From: Candidatus Latescibacterota bacterium
Lineage (GTDB): Bacteria > Latescibacterota > UBA2968 > GCA-2709665
Reading direction: 5' to 3'
Assembly (NCBI GenBank): GCA_965226795.1
Contig: CBDDDZ010000005.1
Location: 160,001-224,000 of the forward strand
Length of the DNA stretch: 64,000 nt
In this document: positions 40,869 to 50,950 of the stretch, one piece after another
Layout: the number at the start of each line of letters is the position of its first letter
How positions within the stretch are numbered: position 1 is the stretch's first letter
Program-made: the position numbers and the translations under genes
The notes under the pieces: generated by a model
Seen by the model: the letters and a program-made list of their open reading frames with translations, nothing else
Databases searched by the model: none
What the model was told of the DNA's origin: nothing

Positions 40869-42308
40869 ATGGCCGATTCCTTCGAGCGACCGCATATTGT
40901 CTTCATCACCACGGACCAGCAGCGGGGCGACTGCACCGGGATCGACGGACACGCAATTCTCGAAACGCCCCATCTGGACCAGCTTGCGAACGAGGGCGTG
41001 TATTTTCCCAGAGCGTATTCGCCCTGTCCTGTGTGTGTGCCGGCGCGGATGGTGATGATGACGGGGCAGTCGCCCTACAAGACCGGATTCTTCACCAATT
41101 CGAGCAACGCGCTGGGCACGACCGATACTCTGCCCGGGATTCTGCGCGGCCTGGGTTATCAGACACAGCTGATCGGCAAGGCGCATTTCAGCCCCCAGCG
41201 GGCGCGGCTGGGGTTCGACAATACGATCATCAACGAGTCGGGCCGGTACCGCGAAGGCGACGATTATCACCGGTGGTTGAACAAAACGCCCTACGCGGGT
41301 CTGGAGCGGGCAACGAGCATCGGGAACAACGACGTGTTCTCCCGAAGGTCGGTCGTGCCCGAGACGCATCATGTGAATACGTGGACGGCAAACGAATGTA
41401 TCGAGTTTCTGGACAGGCGGGATCCCACCTGTCCGTTTTTTTTGTGGATGTCTTTCAGCCGGCCGCATTCGCAATACGATCCGCCCGCGCCGTACGACAC
41501 CTGGTACGATCCCGAAGACGTGCCGCCACCCATACGGACCCCCGACGAGGATTTTCTTCCCCCGGAACTCCGGGAGGCGCCCCCGCGCTACGATTGGGAT
41601 CGCATGTCGCCCGCGAGGATCGCCCGTGCGCGGCAGCATTACTTCGGGCAGATTACCCACATCGACCATCAGATCGGGCGGTTTTTAGCCGCCCTCCGCT
41701 GGAAGGGGTTGTGGGACAATACGCTGGTGATCTTTACCTCGGACCACGGAGATATGATGGGGGATTTCGGATTGTTCTTCAAATCCCATTTTTTCGAAGG
41801 TTCCGGTCGCGTGCCTCTGATTCTACGGCCGCCGAGAGGTTGGGAGGGGGTGATTCCCGCCCGGAGATACGAGAAGCCGGTGTCGCTCGTCGACGTGCTG
41901 CCCACTCTGATCTCGGCGGCGGGCGGCCGCGTCCCCGAGCAGGCGGACGGGGTGTCGCTGCTGCCGGCGCTGGAAGGAGACGATCCGGTTGAAGATCGGA
42001 TATTTCACGGAGAAATTGGTGCCGAGAAGCGGCGCCACCACTGCCTGGCGGACGGGCGATACAAGTATATGTGGTTCCGGCTGGGTGGCTGCGAGTATCT
42101 TTTCGACCTGAAGGAAGATCCGAACGAGGTGAATAACCTGGCGCGAGATGAAGACCGGGTGGTCGAATGGAGAAACCGCTTGATTAAACTCCTCGAAGTG
42201 CGCGGCGATCAAGCGGTACGCAATGGCGCGTTACTTCCCACCACGTATGAGCCGACGCCTGAGGCGGAATTACGGGCTAATGATCCCTTCGGCAGAAGAC
42301 CGTATTAG
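40869..42308 (+). CDS. Formylglycine-dependent sulfatase
   Basis: TDQQR, CVPAR (CxPxR), IGKAH, PHSQY, TSDHG, LFDLKEDPNE. Confidence 0.93.
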   Translation: MADSFERPHIVFITTDQQRGDCTGIDGHAILETPHLDQLANEGVYFPRAYSPCPVCVPARMVMMTGQSPYKTGFFTNSSNALGTTDTLPGILRGLGYQTQLIGKAHFSPQRARLGFDNTIINESGRYREGDDYHRWLNKTPYAGLERATSIGNNDVFSRRSVVPETHHVNTWTANECIEFLDRRDPTCPFFLWMSFSRPHSQYDPPAPYDTWYDPEDVPPPIRTPDEDFLPPELREAPPRYDWDRMSPARIARARQHYFGQITHIDHQIGRFLAALRWKGLWDNTLVIFTSDHGDMMGDFGLFFKSHFFEGSGRVPLILRPPRGWEGVIPARRYEKPVSLVDVLPTLISAAGGRVPEQADGVSLLPALEGDDPVEDRIFHGEIGAEKRRHHCLADGRYKYMWFRLGGCEYLFDLKEDPNEVNNLARDEDRVVEWRNRLIKLLEVRGDQAVRNGALLPTTYEPTPEAELRANDPFGRRPY

Positions 42309-42505
42309 CCCGGGGAACGACAGGATACGAAGGGTGTTGGATTTGCCGCCGTTAAGCGTGCGGAGGCCGATCGGCACGACCGTCCGTCGTTGAGAATGTC
42401 TCATCGGTGTCACGCAAGCATTGTGCATCTCATCGCAACCCGCGTTCCCGTAACGTGCATCCTCGTGCGGGTTTCATGAAGGCATGAAACGGGGGTCCGG
42501 TCTCT

Positions 42506-42988
42506 GTGGCTGAATCTCTCGAAGCGCGATTGGGTCGATTGCTGGTCGAGCGGGGTTGGACCCTTTCGGTGGCGGAGACCACGACGGGCGGGTTGATCTG
42601 CGCCCGGATCGTGAGCGTGTCCGGGAGTTCGGCCTATTTCGAGCGTGGTGTGGTGGCTTACAGTACGAAGGCCAAAATCCAGGCGCTGGGGATATCCGAA
42701 TCTCTGCTGGAGAGCTGTGGGACCGTGAGTGAGGAGGTGGCCGTCGCCATGGCCGAAGCTGTGGGCAGGGCGGGCCATTCAACGCTGGCGCTGGCCGAGA
42801 CGGGCATCGCCGGGCCGATTCGCGGACGGTCGGCCAAGCCGTTGGGGACCGCGTATGTCGCGCTGTGGACGCCGGAGGGTTCTCGATGCGAACGCTTTGC
42901 GTTCGTAGGCGACCGGAGCACGATTCGCGAACGGATTGCCGAGCAGGCGCTGGCAATGGCGGTTGACTGTGCGGAAGATGCCGCTTGA
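42506..42988 (+). CDS. CinA C-terminal / PncC NMN deamidase family protein
   Basis: SVAETTTGGLI, GSSAYF, YSTKAK, VSEEVAVAMA, TGIAGP. Confidence 0.88.
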   Translation: MAESLEARLGRLLVERGWTLSVAETTTGGLICARIVSVSGSSAYFERGVVAYSTKAKIQALGISESLLESCGTVSEEVAVAMAEAVGRAGHSTLALAETGIAGPIRGRSAKPLGTAYVALWTPEGSRCERFAFVGDRSTIRERIAEQALAMAVDCAEDAA

Positions 42989-43013
42989 CACCGGCTGCCC
43001 ATTGTCATACATT
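42985..43013 (+). promoter_or_regulatory. Sigma70-type promoter of infA
   Basis: TTGACA-17 nt-TACATT. Confidence 0.65.
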
Positions 43014-43060
43014 GAACCTTCGACCTGAAAATGGTCCCCTAATTCGATGTTGGAGGTGGC

Positions 43061-43345
43061 ATGGCAAAAGAGGAAAAGGTCTCACTTGAAGGAACCGTCG
43101 CGGATACGCTTCCCGACGGGCAGTATATGGTGGAAGTGGAGGGTGGGCATCAGATTCTGGGTTACACGTCGGGCAAGATGCGGCGGTTCAACATCCGGGT
43201 TCTGGTGGGCGACCGCGTGACGATCGAGACCTCGCCTTACGATTTGAATCGCGGGCGCATCGTGTGGCTGCACCGATTGCCCCCGCCCGTCGATGGGGTC
43301 AAAAAGCGCAGGACGGGCGGTAACCGACCCAGGCGCCGTCGTTAA
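43061..43345 (+). CDS. infA: Translation initiation factor IF-1 with basic C-terminal tail
   Basis: SGKMRRFNIRVLVGDRV.IETSPYDLNRGRI; GGAGGT RBS. Confidence 0.95.
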   Translation: MAKEEKVSLEGTVADTLPDGQYMVEVEGGHQILGYTSGKMRRFNIRVLVGDRVTIETSPYDLNRGRIVWLHRLPPPVDGVKKRRTGGNRPRRRR

Positions 43346-43463
43346 CCTGGTCGGCGTCTTCGCCCGCACTTCGGCGGAGTTCCGATCCATACGCGCCTCT
43401 GTCCCAATAGCGATGTAACAGCGGCGGCATAAGTTGTATAGTGTTGCAACCCTCAACTAGCTC

Positions 43464-43499
43464 GGGCCGATTCTAAATATCGATCGGCCCATGTTTTTT
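43464..43499 (+). terminator. Probable intrinsic terminator after infA
   Basis: GGGCCGAT-loop-ATCGGCCC followed by ATGTTTTTT. Confidence 0.45.
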
Positions 43500-43880
43500 G
43501 TTACCTGAGATCCCTTACTTTGCCCCCGTCCTTACGATGCGGCCGTACAACTTCGCGTCTTCACCGCCGGTATCGGCGAAGTCTCCGATATTCGGCCGCT
43601 GAATTTGTGCCGCATCGAGCCCGACACCCCCATTAACCCGGGTCGGCAGGTTTCCGAATGGAAGGGATTTACCCTGTCCCCCAGGTCCTACCAGACCATC
43701 AAACGCCACGTTCCGTTCGAGCAGGGCAAAATCGCGAAAGCCCTGACCCCCGAATTCACGCGGCTACAGCGTCTGGGCGAGGTTATCGACCGGGCTCTGA
43801 GCCTGTGACTGTGTCCAACCGCCGTGAGGTGGCGTCAGTTATGCAAGGCGCCCCCGCCACAATAAGAGAAGGAGCTACAG

Positions 43881-45476
43881 GTGCGGAATTTCCAAATGGT
43901 CGCCTTAACGATTTCCACCATGCTTGCACTCCTCACATTCCAGGTGCGCGGTTCCGTCAGTCTCCATGCCAGGGAGAACCGGGAGGCTGTGAGCGAGCGA
44001 TTCAACACGTCCGCCCCTGCGATGATGACGGGCCGCAACGGATGGCGCGTGACGCCGCTGTTTACGGTGGGGGAAGAGGTCGGCGGGTACCGTCCGCTCG
44101 GCATCTTGGACGGGATCGGCGCCATGGAAATCCGGCCGGGCGTAGTGCGCTTCTTCGTCAACCATGAGCTGGATGCGGAGGACGGGTACGCGTACAGGCT
44201 CGGTAACCGTACGGAAATGACGGGCGCGCGGGTGAGCTATTTCGATCTGGATGCCAACACCAGGAAACTCCTGGATGCGGGTGTGGCCTACGACAGGGCG
44301 GTGGACAAAGCCGGCCGCGAGGTCACGGACCCGTCGCAGATCCACGAGGGAAATATCGCGGGGAGCGATAGGGACGGTTTCGATCGCTTCTGCTCCAGCA
44401 ACCTTTTCACCGCTGGAGCGTATGGTCTTGCCGACGACGTTTACTTCTGCGGCGAAGAGGTCACGGACGGCCTGGCGCACGTGCTGGATATTCGCCGCCG
44501 CACCATTTACGCATTGCCGTGGCTGGGGCGCGGCACGTGGGAGAACGTGACCCTGCTGGACACGGGCGACAGCGACAAAGTGGCCGTTCTGCTGGGAGAC
44601 GACCGGCGGGGCGCGCCGCTGTACCTCTACGTGGGACGGAAAGGCACGGGCGGCTTCCTCGAGCGCAACGGCCTGACAGGCGGCGATATGTTCGTCTGGG
44701 TCGCGAACAACGGCGAAAGGTCACCTGAGGATTGGAACGGGACGGGAACGAGCCGCGCCGGCATGTTCGTCAAGATTGACATCCACGCTCCGGACGGGGC
44801 GGGCCGGTCCGGGTACGACGAACTGGGCTTTGCGACACAGGCGAAGCAGAACGAATGGGTCGATGCCGTGGGCGGGTTCCGCTTCTCGCGCCCGGAGGAC
44901 GTGGCCACGAATCCGAAGCGCGGCACGCAGGCGGTAATGGCCTCAACCGGGCACGGCGCGGCGTATCCCTCGGACGACTGGGGCGCGACCTATATCATCG
45001 ACGCGAACGTCGGCGCGATGACGGCCACGATCCGAATCCTCTACGATGGTGACGATGCCGGCGACGGACAATTTTCGCATCCGGACATGGGACTTCGCAA
45101 CCCGGACAACCTGGACTGGGCCGAAAACGGGATGATCTACGTTCAGGAGGACCGATCCACCCGGAAGGCGACTTTCGGCAAAAAAAGCGGTATCGAGGCG
45201 TCCGTGTGGGAACTGAACCCCGCCACGGGGAAGCTGATACGGATTGCCGTGATAGACCGCTCCGCGCTGCCTCCCGGGCAGACGGATTCAGACCCGACCG
45301 ACCTCGGAGACTGGGAATCGTCCGGGATCCTGGATGTAACCCGGCTCTTCACCACCGCACCCGGCGAGGTGCTCCTCGTCGGCAACGTACAGGCCCACAG
45401 CGTCCGGGATGGACCCATCAAGAAATACAACCTCGTCCAGGGCGGGCAGATCGTGTTCTTCTCAACCAAGCGGTGA
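43881..45476 (+). CDS. phoX: PhoX-family (DUF839) alkaline phosphatase, exported
   Basis: VNHE, RFCS, GRGTWEN, SRPED, NPDNL, VQED, WESSG, VQAH; N-terminal signal peptide. Confidence 0.8.
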   Translation: MRNFQMVALTISTMLALLTFQVRGSVSLHARENREAVSERFNTSAPAMMTGRNGWRVTPLFTVGEEVGGYRPLGILDGIGAMEIRPGVVRFFVNHELDAEDGYAYRLGNRTEMTGARVSYFDLDANTRKLLDAGVAYDRAVDKAGREVTDPSQIHEGNIAGSDRDGFDRFCSSNLFTAGAYGLADDVYFCGEEVTDGLAHVLDIRRRTIYALPWLGRGTWENVTLLDTGDSDKVAVLLGDDRRGAPLYLYVGRKGTGGFLERNGLTGGDMFVWVANNGERSPEDWNGTGTSRAGMFVKIDIHAPDGAGRSGYDELGFATQAKQNEWVDAVGGFRFSRPEDVATNPKRGTQAVMASTGHGAAYPSDDWGATYIIDANVGAMTATIRILYDGDDAGDGQFSHPDMGLRNPDNLDWAENGMIYVQEDRSTRKATFGKKSGIEASVWELNPATGKLIRIAVIDRSALPPGQTDSDPTDLGDWESSGILDVTRLFTTAPGEVLLVGNVQAHSVRDGPIKKYNLVQGGQIVFFSTKR

Positions 45477-45600
45477 GTCACAAGGACCGCAAAAAATCTT
45501 GATTTGAGATCATCTCGCCATATCTTAAAATGTGGTGCCGTGTGGGATCAAGCGCGAATCCGGGGTAAAGAAATCTTCATACCACGACGGCATTATTGGT

Positions 45601-45624
45601 TGGTGGGCCCGTAGGGATTCGAAC
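45601..45624 (-). other. tRNA 3'-end-like fragment (possible att site at the island boundary)
   Basis: Minus strand GTTCGAAT-CCCTA-CGGGCCC-A-CCA has exact T-loop/T-stem/acceptor/discriminator/CCA spacing; the 5' part of a tRNA is absent. Confidence 0.5.
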
Positions 45625-45660
45625 GCTCATCACACCACGTGCCCGCCAGAGGCGTTTTAA

Positions 45661-45706
45661 GGTCCTGGAGGATGCAGCAGCGTTCTCCAGGACCTTTTTT
45701 GTTTTT
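45661..45706 (+). terminator. Strong intrinsic terminator
   Basis: 15-bp stem GGTCCTGGAGGATGC/GCGTTCTCCAGGACC followed by TTTTTTGTTTTT. Confidence 0.8.
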
Positions 45707-45863
45707 AAATTGTGCCTCATCCAGGGGAATTTGTCAGTCGTTTTTCCGGAAAAACAGGCGTATATTAATGTGGGAGTTATACATATACGAAATTCGCCCC
45801 TTCCCAATGAAGGATTTTCAGGGGCGTCCGTATGATTGGCGCCGCGGCGCCAATGGTTTTCGA

Positions 45864-45890
45864 CCTGGGAACGCGGGCATCCTGCCCGCA
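45864..45890. repeat. REP-like palindrome
   Basis: CCTGGGAACGCGGGCA-TCC-TGCCCGC; single copy in the window. Confidence 0.4.
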
Positions 45891-45944
45891 CAGGCCGGCA
45901 TCAGATTATAGGGGAACAAATATCAGTCTTAGCGAGGGTACGCA

Positions 45945-46106
45945 ATGACAACAAAGAGGAACAAGGCGAAGCGCAGGCCAGGACGCCCGGTTGTCAAACC
46001 GATTGTGGAAGCAGTCGACGAAATGCCGGAAAACGTAAAGCGTGCGCCATTCATCTCCCGGCAAAGAGTACCGGGAGAGTGGAAATACCTCGATCGCAGC
46101 CGATGA
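45945..46106 (+). CDS. 53-aa basic hypothetical protein, possibly an IS1595-associated accessory ORF remnant
   Basis: MTTKRNKAKRRPGRPVVKP...EMPENVKRA...EWKYL; GAGGG upstream; below the ORF-track cutoff. Confidence 0.4.
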   Translation: MTTKRNKAKRRPGRPVVKPIVEAVDEMPENVKRAPFISRQRVPGEWKYLDRSR

Positions 46107-46164
46107 GGAGTCGCTGATCCTTGCGTTATTTAAACTCAACCGACTACCGTGAGCAGGTATAGAT

Positions 46165-49100
46165 ATGTCTGGCCGGTTATTTACGGACTATTTCCTCACA
46201 GATGGCATCAAGGACGCCGACGAATGGAGATCCTCAGTTGAGGATGCGGAGGAGTTTGCCACATTCAGGGAAGGCGTTAGCCAGCGTTACGAGGCCCTTT
46301 GCCGTTTCGAGAATCCAAACGAAGCGGTTACGGAGCAGGAACTCATCCGCCCGGTTCTACAGTTACTGGGATGGGTTGACTACCTGCCCCAGCAGGGCTC
46401 CGCAGGCAAAGAGGATATTCCCGACCATCTGCTTTTGGCCGATAGCGAATCCAAGGATCGCGCCACAGCTGAGCGTAATCCAAAACACCGATTCCGGCAC
46501 GCAACCGTGGTTCAGGAAAGCAAGCGCTTCGGTCTTCCACTTGACAAACGCCAGGAAGACGACGATGTCCGCGTAAGAACCCCGCACGGCCAAATCCTCA
46601 GATACCTATTAACAGCCGATATCGAGTCAGAGGCAAACATCCGGTGGGGTGTCCTGACCAATGGCAAGGTTTGGCGTCTCTACGATCATCGTGCACGGCC
46701 CCGAGCGACCGGCTACTTTGAAGCCGATTTGGAAGTCCTGCTTCAGTCTGAAAAAGAAAACGACCTCCGCATCTTTCATCTGTTGTTCCACCGCGAGTCC
46801 TACGTTAAACAAGCCGGCGCCGCGACGACGTTCCTCGAAACGGCCCTTGAAGAGGGGCGTCGTTATGAGGAAAGGGTCGCGCAGGATCTCTCCGGGGTTG
46901 TATTTGAACGCGTGTTTCCCGGTCTGGTTGAGGCGCTGGCGGAGAAATCGGGCGAACGTCTCCCAGATTGTCGGGATGCCGCGCTGGTCTTTCTCTATCG
47001 TGTGCTCTTCGTGCTCTACGCGGAGGACAGAGGCCTGCTACCTGTCCACGATTCGCGTTACGACGACTACGGTATTCGCAAGCGTGTGCGGTACGATATA
47101 GCGAACAGAATGAAGGACGACGACACTTTCTCCGGAATGGCCACCAACTATTACGACCGCCTTGTCAATCTTTTCAAAATTATCGACAGCGGCGATCCGT
47201 CCATCGGGCTCCCTGCCTACAACGGAGGGCTATTCGCATCAGAAGCCGCACCAATGTTGGAACGCGTGCGCCTTTCAGACGCGGAAATCGCACAAATCAT
47301 TTACGATTTGAGCCATGCGAAGGATCCACAGAATCAGCGCCGCTTTGTAAACTACCGTGACATGTCGGTGCAACAACTGGGCTCGATCTACGAGAGGCTG
47401 CTGGAGCGCGAGCCAGTCCGGGACGAAGCCGGCAAGATAATCGTTCGACCGAATCCTTATGCGCGAAAAGACAGCGGGAGTTTTTATACGCCGCAGGAAC
47501 TGGTGGATCTTATTGTGGACCGGACCCTGAAACCGCTGGTTGAAGAGCGTCTCAAAGCGTTCGAGGAGAAAGCCGACGCGCTAAAAAGCGACCGCAGGCC
47601 AAAGTCGGAACGACGGGCCGAGCTTGAGCGGGTCGATCCGGCGGTATCGGTGCTTGATCTTAAGGTGCTGGATCCGGCCATGGGAAGCGGTCATTTCCTG
47701 GTCACTGCGGTCGATTTCTTATCGGACTACGTCGCTGAGTTGATCGAATACGTCCCTGCGGTTCCATCTTGGCTGGATGGCGGCTACGTGTCGCCGCTGG
47801 AGGGACGCGTGGAGGCGATCCGCGGGGAAATCATCCGACGGTCCAGGGAATCGAACTGGGTACTCGATGAAGCCCAGCTTACCGACCAGGCAATTATCCG
47901 ACGCATGGTGCTCAAACGCTGCATTTATGGTGTAGACAAGAACCCATTGACCGTTGAGTTGGCCAAGGTGTCGCTGTGGCTGCACAGCTTCACGGTAGGG
48001 GCGCCGCTCTCCTTCCTAGACCATCACCTGCGCTGCGGCGACTCGCTGGTCGGCCTGCGCGTACGAGCGTCTATCAAAGACCTGGAAGAGATCGCTCACC
48101 TGTTCGTCGGCAGTGCCATACAGGGCGCGGAAACCGCCACCAACGGGATGCAGCTCATCGAGGAAATGTCGGACTCGGACGTGTCCGAGGTACGGGAGTC
48201 CGCCGTGCTGTTTCAGGGAGTGGAGGAGACGACAGCGGATCTCCGCGGTTTGCTCGACTTCCTTTGCGGTTGGCGCTGGTTGACGGCGGGAATGAAGAAG
48301 AAAGAGTACAAAACTTTCGAGACGCCGCTGGTTATGACGCTCAGCCAGCGGGCGGCGACCGCATTCAAACTTCTGGCTCACGGACCGCGGCAGGTGGATG
48401 ACGACCATCGCGATCCCGATGACGCCACGTTCGCGCGTTTTTCGGAGTTATGGCACGACGTGCGAGCCATCGCCGACCGGGAGCGTTTCCTGCACTGGGA
48501 GGTGGCCTTTCCAGGTGTGTGGCGCAATTGGCAAAATACCCGACCGCAAGGTGGTTTCGACGCGGTGATCGGCAATCCGCCGTGGGACCGCATCAAGCTG
48601 CAGGAGGTGGAGTGGTTTTCGACGCGCGACCCCGAACTCGCTCACGCGCCGACGGCGGCCGCACGGCGGACGGGCATCCAGCGATTGCGCGACCGCGGAT
48701 CGCCACTTACGGCCGAGTTCGACGCGGCCAGGACGCGGTCGGAAAGCCTTGCCCGGATGGTTCGATCCTATGGCGATTACCCGTTACTGGGCGGCGGCGA
48801 CGTCAATCTGTATTCGGCTTTCGTCGAACGGGCTATGAGCCTCATCAAGCCTGACGGCATAGTCGGCCTTCTGACGCCGTCGGGAATCTATAGCGACAAG
48901 ACCGCGGCCCGCTTTTTCAAGTCGGTGTCCACGAGCGGACGGGTAGGTGGCCTGTTTGATTTTGAGAACAAGAAAATTTTCTTCAAGGACGTTCACGGTT
49001 CGTTCAAATTTTGCGCCCTCATATTGGGCGGAGAGGAGCGACAGTTCAATCAGACCGAATGCGCCTTCTTCCTTCACGACACGGAAACGATCCAGGATGA

Positions 49101-50202
49101 GGACCGCTGCTTTCCATTGACGCCCGTGGACTTCGCCCGAGTGAACCCGAATACGGGCACTGCTCCGGTGTTCCGCCAGCGCAGTGACGCCGAAATTACC
49201 CTTCGAATTTACGAACGGCATCCAGTGTTAGTGGATCGATCGGGAGGTGAGGAAAAGAGTGCTTGGCCGTTGAAGTACACCACAATGTTTCATATGGCGA
49301 ACGACTCGCACCTCTTCCGCACCGCCGAGCAGCTCGATTCGGAAGGATTCTATCGCGCTGCGAACAACCAGTGGAAACGGGGCGAGCAGCTGTTCGCTCC
49401 GCTGTACGAGGGCAAAATGGTCCAGGCGTTCGACCACCGCGCCGCCGATATCACGGTAAATCAGCAGAATCTATTTCGACCCGGTCAGCAAGAGACAATC
49501 GCAGAGGCAGCGAAGAAGGAAGCGGATCGATTGCCAATACCCCGGTACTATGTACAACTCGATGAAACCCGATGGGTTTCAAGTAAAGATTGGACAATTT
49601 CATTCAAAAATATCACAGCTTCTACCAATGTGCGAACGATGATTGCCGCAGTCATACCGAGAGTGGGTGCTGGGCATTCTCTCAATCTGCTTCCGATATC
49701 CAGTTTTGTAGACAACTCGGCACAAATTGCGTGTTCTGTAGTCGCAAACCTGAATTCCATAGTCTTTGACTTCGTTTCTCGACAAAAGGTACCCGGAAAC
49801 AACTTCACGTTGTATTTACTTGAACAAATCCCCGTAATCGCATCTGACGACTACGACCGCAAATTCGGCGATACGTCCGCCCGGGACCTCGTGAGGGACC
49901 ACGTGCTTCGCCTCACCTACACAGCCCATGACATGGCACCTTTCGCCCGTGACCTCGACTATGTAGGTCCGCCTTTTGTCTGGAATGACGAGGAACGCCG
50001 GCACCTGCGCGCACGCCTCGATGCGCTCTACTTCCATCTCTACGGTCTTACGCGTGACGACGCTGGGTACATCCTTGACACGTTTCCGATTGTCCATCGA
50101 GAAGACGAAAAAGCCTTCGGTCGTTACCGCACCCGCGAGATGGTTTTGGCCTACATGAACGCGCTCGCAGCAGGGGATACGGAGACGGTGGTTGATGTGT
50201 AG
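46165..50202 (+). CDS. Type IIG (Eco57I-like) fused restriction endonuclease / N6-adenine methyltransferase
   Basis: N-terminal PD...ESK nuclease, LTNG..W.LY, YNGGLF, LGSIYERLL, GSFYTP, DPAMGSGHFL, GNPPW, C-terminal TRD. Confidence 0.9.
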   Translation: MSGRLFTDYFLTDGIKDADEWRSSVEDAEEFATFREGVSQRYEALCRFENPNEAVTEQELIRPVLQLLGWVDYLPQQGSAGKEDIPDHLLLADSESKDRATAERNPKHRFRHATVVQESKRFGLPLDKRQEDDDVRVRTPHGQILRYLLTADIESEANIRWGVLTNGKVWRLYDHRARPRATGYFEADLEVLLQSEKENDLRIFHLLFHRESYVKQAGAATTFLETALEEGRRYEERVAQDLSGVVFERVFPGLVEALAEKSGERLPDCRDAALVFLYRVLFVLYAEDRGLLPVHDSRYDDYGIRKRVRYDIANRMKDDDTFSGMATNYYDRLVNLFKIIDSGDPSIGLPAYNGGLFASEAAPMLERVRLSDAEIAQIIYDLSHAKDPQNQRRFVNYRDMSVQQLGSIYERLLEREPVRDEAGKIIVRPNPYARKDSGSFYTPQELVDLIVDRTLKPLVEERLKAFEEKADALKSDRRPKSERRAELERVDPAVSVLDLKVLDPAMGSGHFLVTAVDFLSDYVAELIEYVPAVPSWLDGGYVSPLEGRVEAIRGEIIRRSRESNWVLDEAQLTDQAIIRRMVLKRCIYGVDKNPLTVELAKVSLWLHSFTVGAPLSFLDHHLRCGDSLVGLRVRASIKDLEEIAHLFVGSAIQGAETATNGMQLIEEMSDSDVSEVRESAVLFQGVEETTADLRGLLDFLCGWRWLTAGMKKKEYKTFETPLVMTLSQRAATAFKLLAHGPRQVDDDHRDPDDATFARFSELWHDVRAIADRERFLHWEVAFPGVWRNWQNTRPQGGFDAVIGNPPWDRIKLQEVEWFSTRDPELAHAPTAAARRTGIQRLRDRGSPLTAEFDAARTRSESLARMVRSYGDYPLLGGGDVNLYSAFVERAMSLIKPDGIVGLLTPSGIYSDKTAARFFKSVSTSGRVGGLFDFENKKIFFKDVHGSFKFCALILGGEERQFNQTECAFFLHDTETIQDEDRCFPLTPVDFARVNPNTGTAPVFRQRSDAEITLRIYERHPVLVDRSGGEEKSAWPLKYTTMFHMANDSHLFRTAEQLDSEGFYRAANNQWKRGEQLFAPLYEGKMVQAFDHRAADITVNQQNLFRPGQQETIAEAAKKEADRLPIPRYYVQLDETRWVSSKDWTISFKNITASTNVRTMIAAVIPRVGAGHSLNLLPISSFVDNSAQIACSVVANLNSIVFDFVSRQKVPGNNFTLYLLEQIPVIASDDYDRKFGDTSARDLVRDHVLRLTYTAHDMAPFARDLDYVGPPFVWNDEERRHLRARLDALYFHLYGLTRDDAGYILDTFPIVHREDEKAFGRYRTREMVLAYMNALAAGDTETVVDV

Positions 50203-50239
50203 GCACTACACGCCGCCTGTGCCTACAGACAAGGATAAC

Positions 50240-50268
50240 TTGCAATTTACAAGGAATTTAGATATAAT
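50240..50268 (+). promoter_or_regulatory. Near-consensus sigma70 promoter
   Basis: TTGCAA-17 nt-TATAAT. Confidence 0.7.
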
Positions 50269-50323
50269 TTGAGCAACTCAGGAGTGGGTATTTTCTTACG
50301 TCTGGATGAAGGAAAAATCCGCA

Positions 50324-50524
50324 ATGGATGACTACTTGAGATTGCTATAAACGGCCAAGGACGAGTATCAGCAATACGTTGAAATCAGCGAACTGTATGA
50401 GTTACTGGTTAAAAACGATGAGGTTCAGGTGAAATGCCAGCCTCCCAGTCCAGAACGTCCTTTGACAACGAATGAGATTTCAATCAGCCAGATAGATCGC
50501 TTGTCACATGACTGTCAATTTTGA
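50324..50524 (+). pseudogene. Small (~66-codon) gene with early in-frame TAA
   Basis: GAAGGA RBS; MDDYLRLL*TAKDEYQQYVEISELYELLVKNDEVQVKCQPPSPERPLTTNEIS... Confidence 0.45.
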
Positions 50525-50839
50525 ATTGGTACCTCCCTTGAAGCCCACCACAAACGATAGAAGAACAATTCGGATTACGCATAAACAGCGAATCCCTATT
50601 CCAACATCCCCGCCCCTGAGTCAATAACTGCCTCCCGCGATTTGTATCGCATCTGAGTTAAATCCTCTTCCACATTCAGTGTTGTAAATCTCGTTTCAGA
50701 CAATTACTCCGCCTCGAAATATTCGAAATTTCCAGGTCTTCCGCTTTCGCAGTCACGACCTCGTGCGTTTCTACGAGACCACCATGGCATCAGGGAATCG
50801 TGGATAAAGTAATTGCCCGGATAATTTGATTTCTCATTC

Positions 50840-50868
50840 TTGACATATTGCAGGTATTAAGATACGTT
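50840..50868 (+). promoter_or_regulatory. Sigma70-type promoter of the HNH-TPR-PIN operon
   Basis: TTGACA-17 nt-TACGTT. Confidence 0.55.
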
Positions 50869-50950
50869 TGACAGGGCAGTTTCTCTGGATGAGGCAGCAC
50901 TGACAGAATAGGACGGATTCTCGGGCAGTTTTTCCAGGTGTTTTTTCGGT

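Noticed and set aside
43515..43808. Short ORF between infA and phoX
   Set aside because: No credible start or RBS and no recognisable family; at most an unassignable gene fragment.
45560..45680. Intact tRNA gene
   Set aside because: Only the 3' 24 nt fit; there is no complementary T-stem 5' strand, anticodon arm or D arm.
46165..50202. DISARM or BREX methyltransferase
   Set aside because: No adjacent helicases, DUF1998, PLD, pglZ or brxC, and the protein has its own N-terminal nuclease motif.
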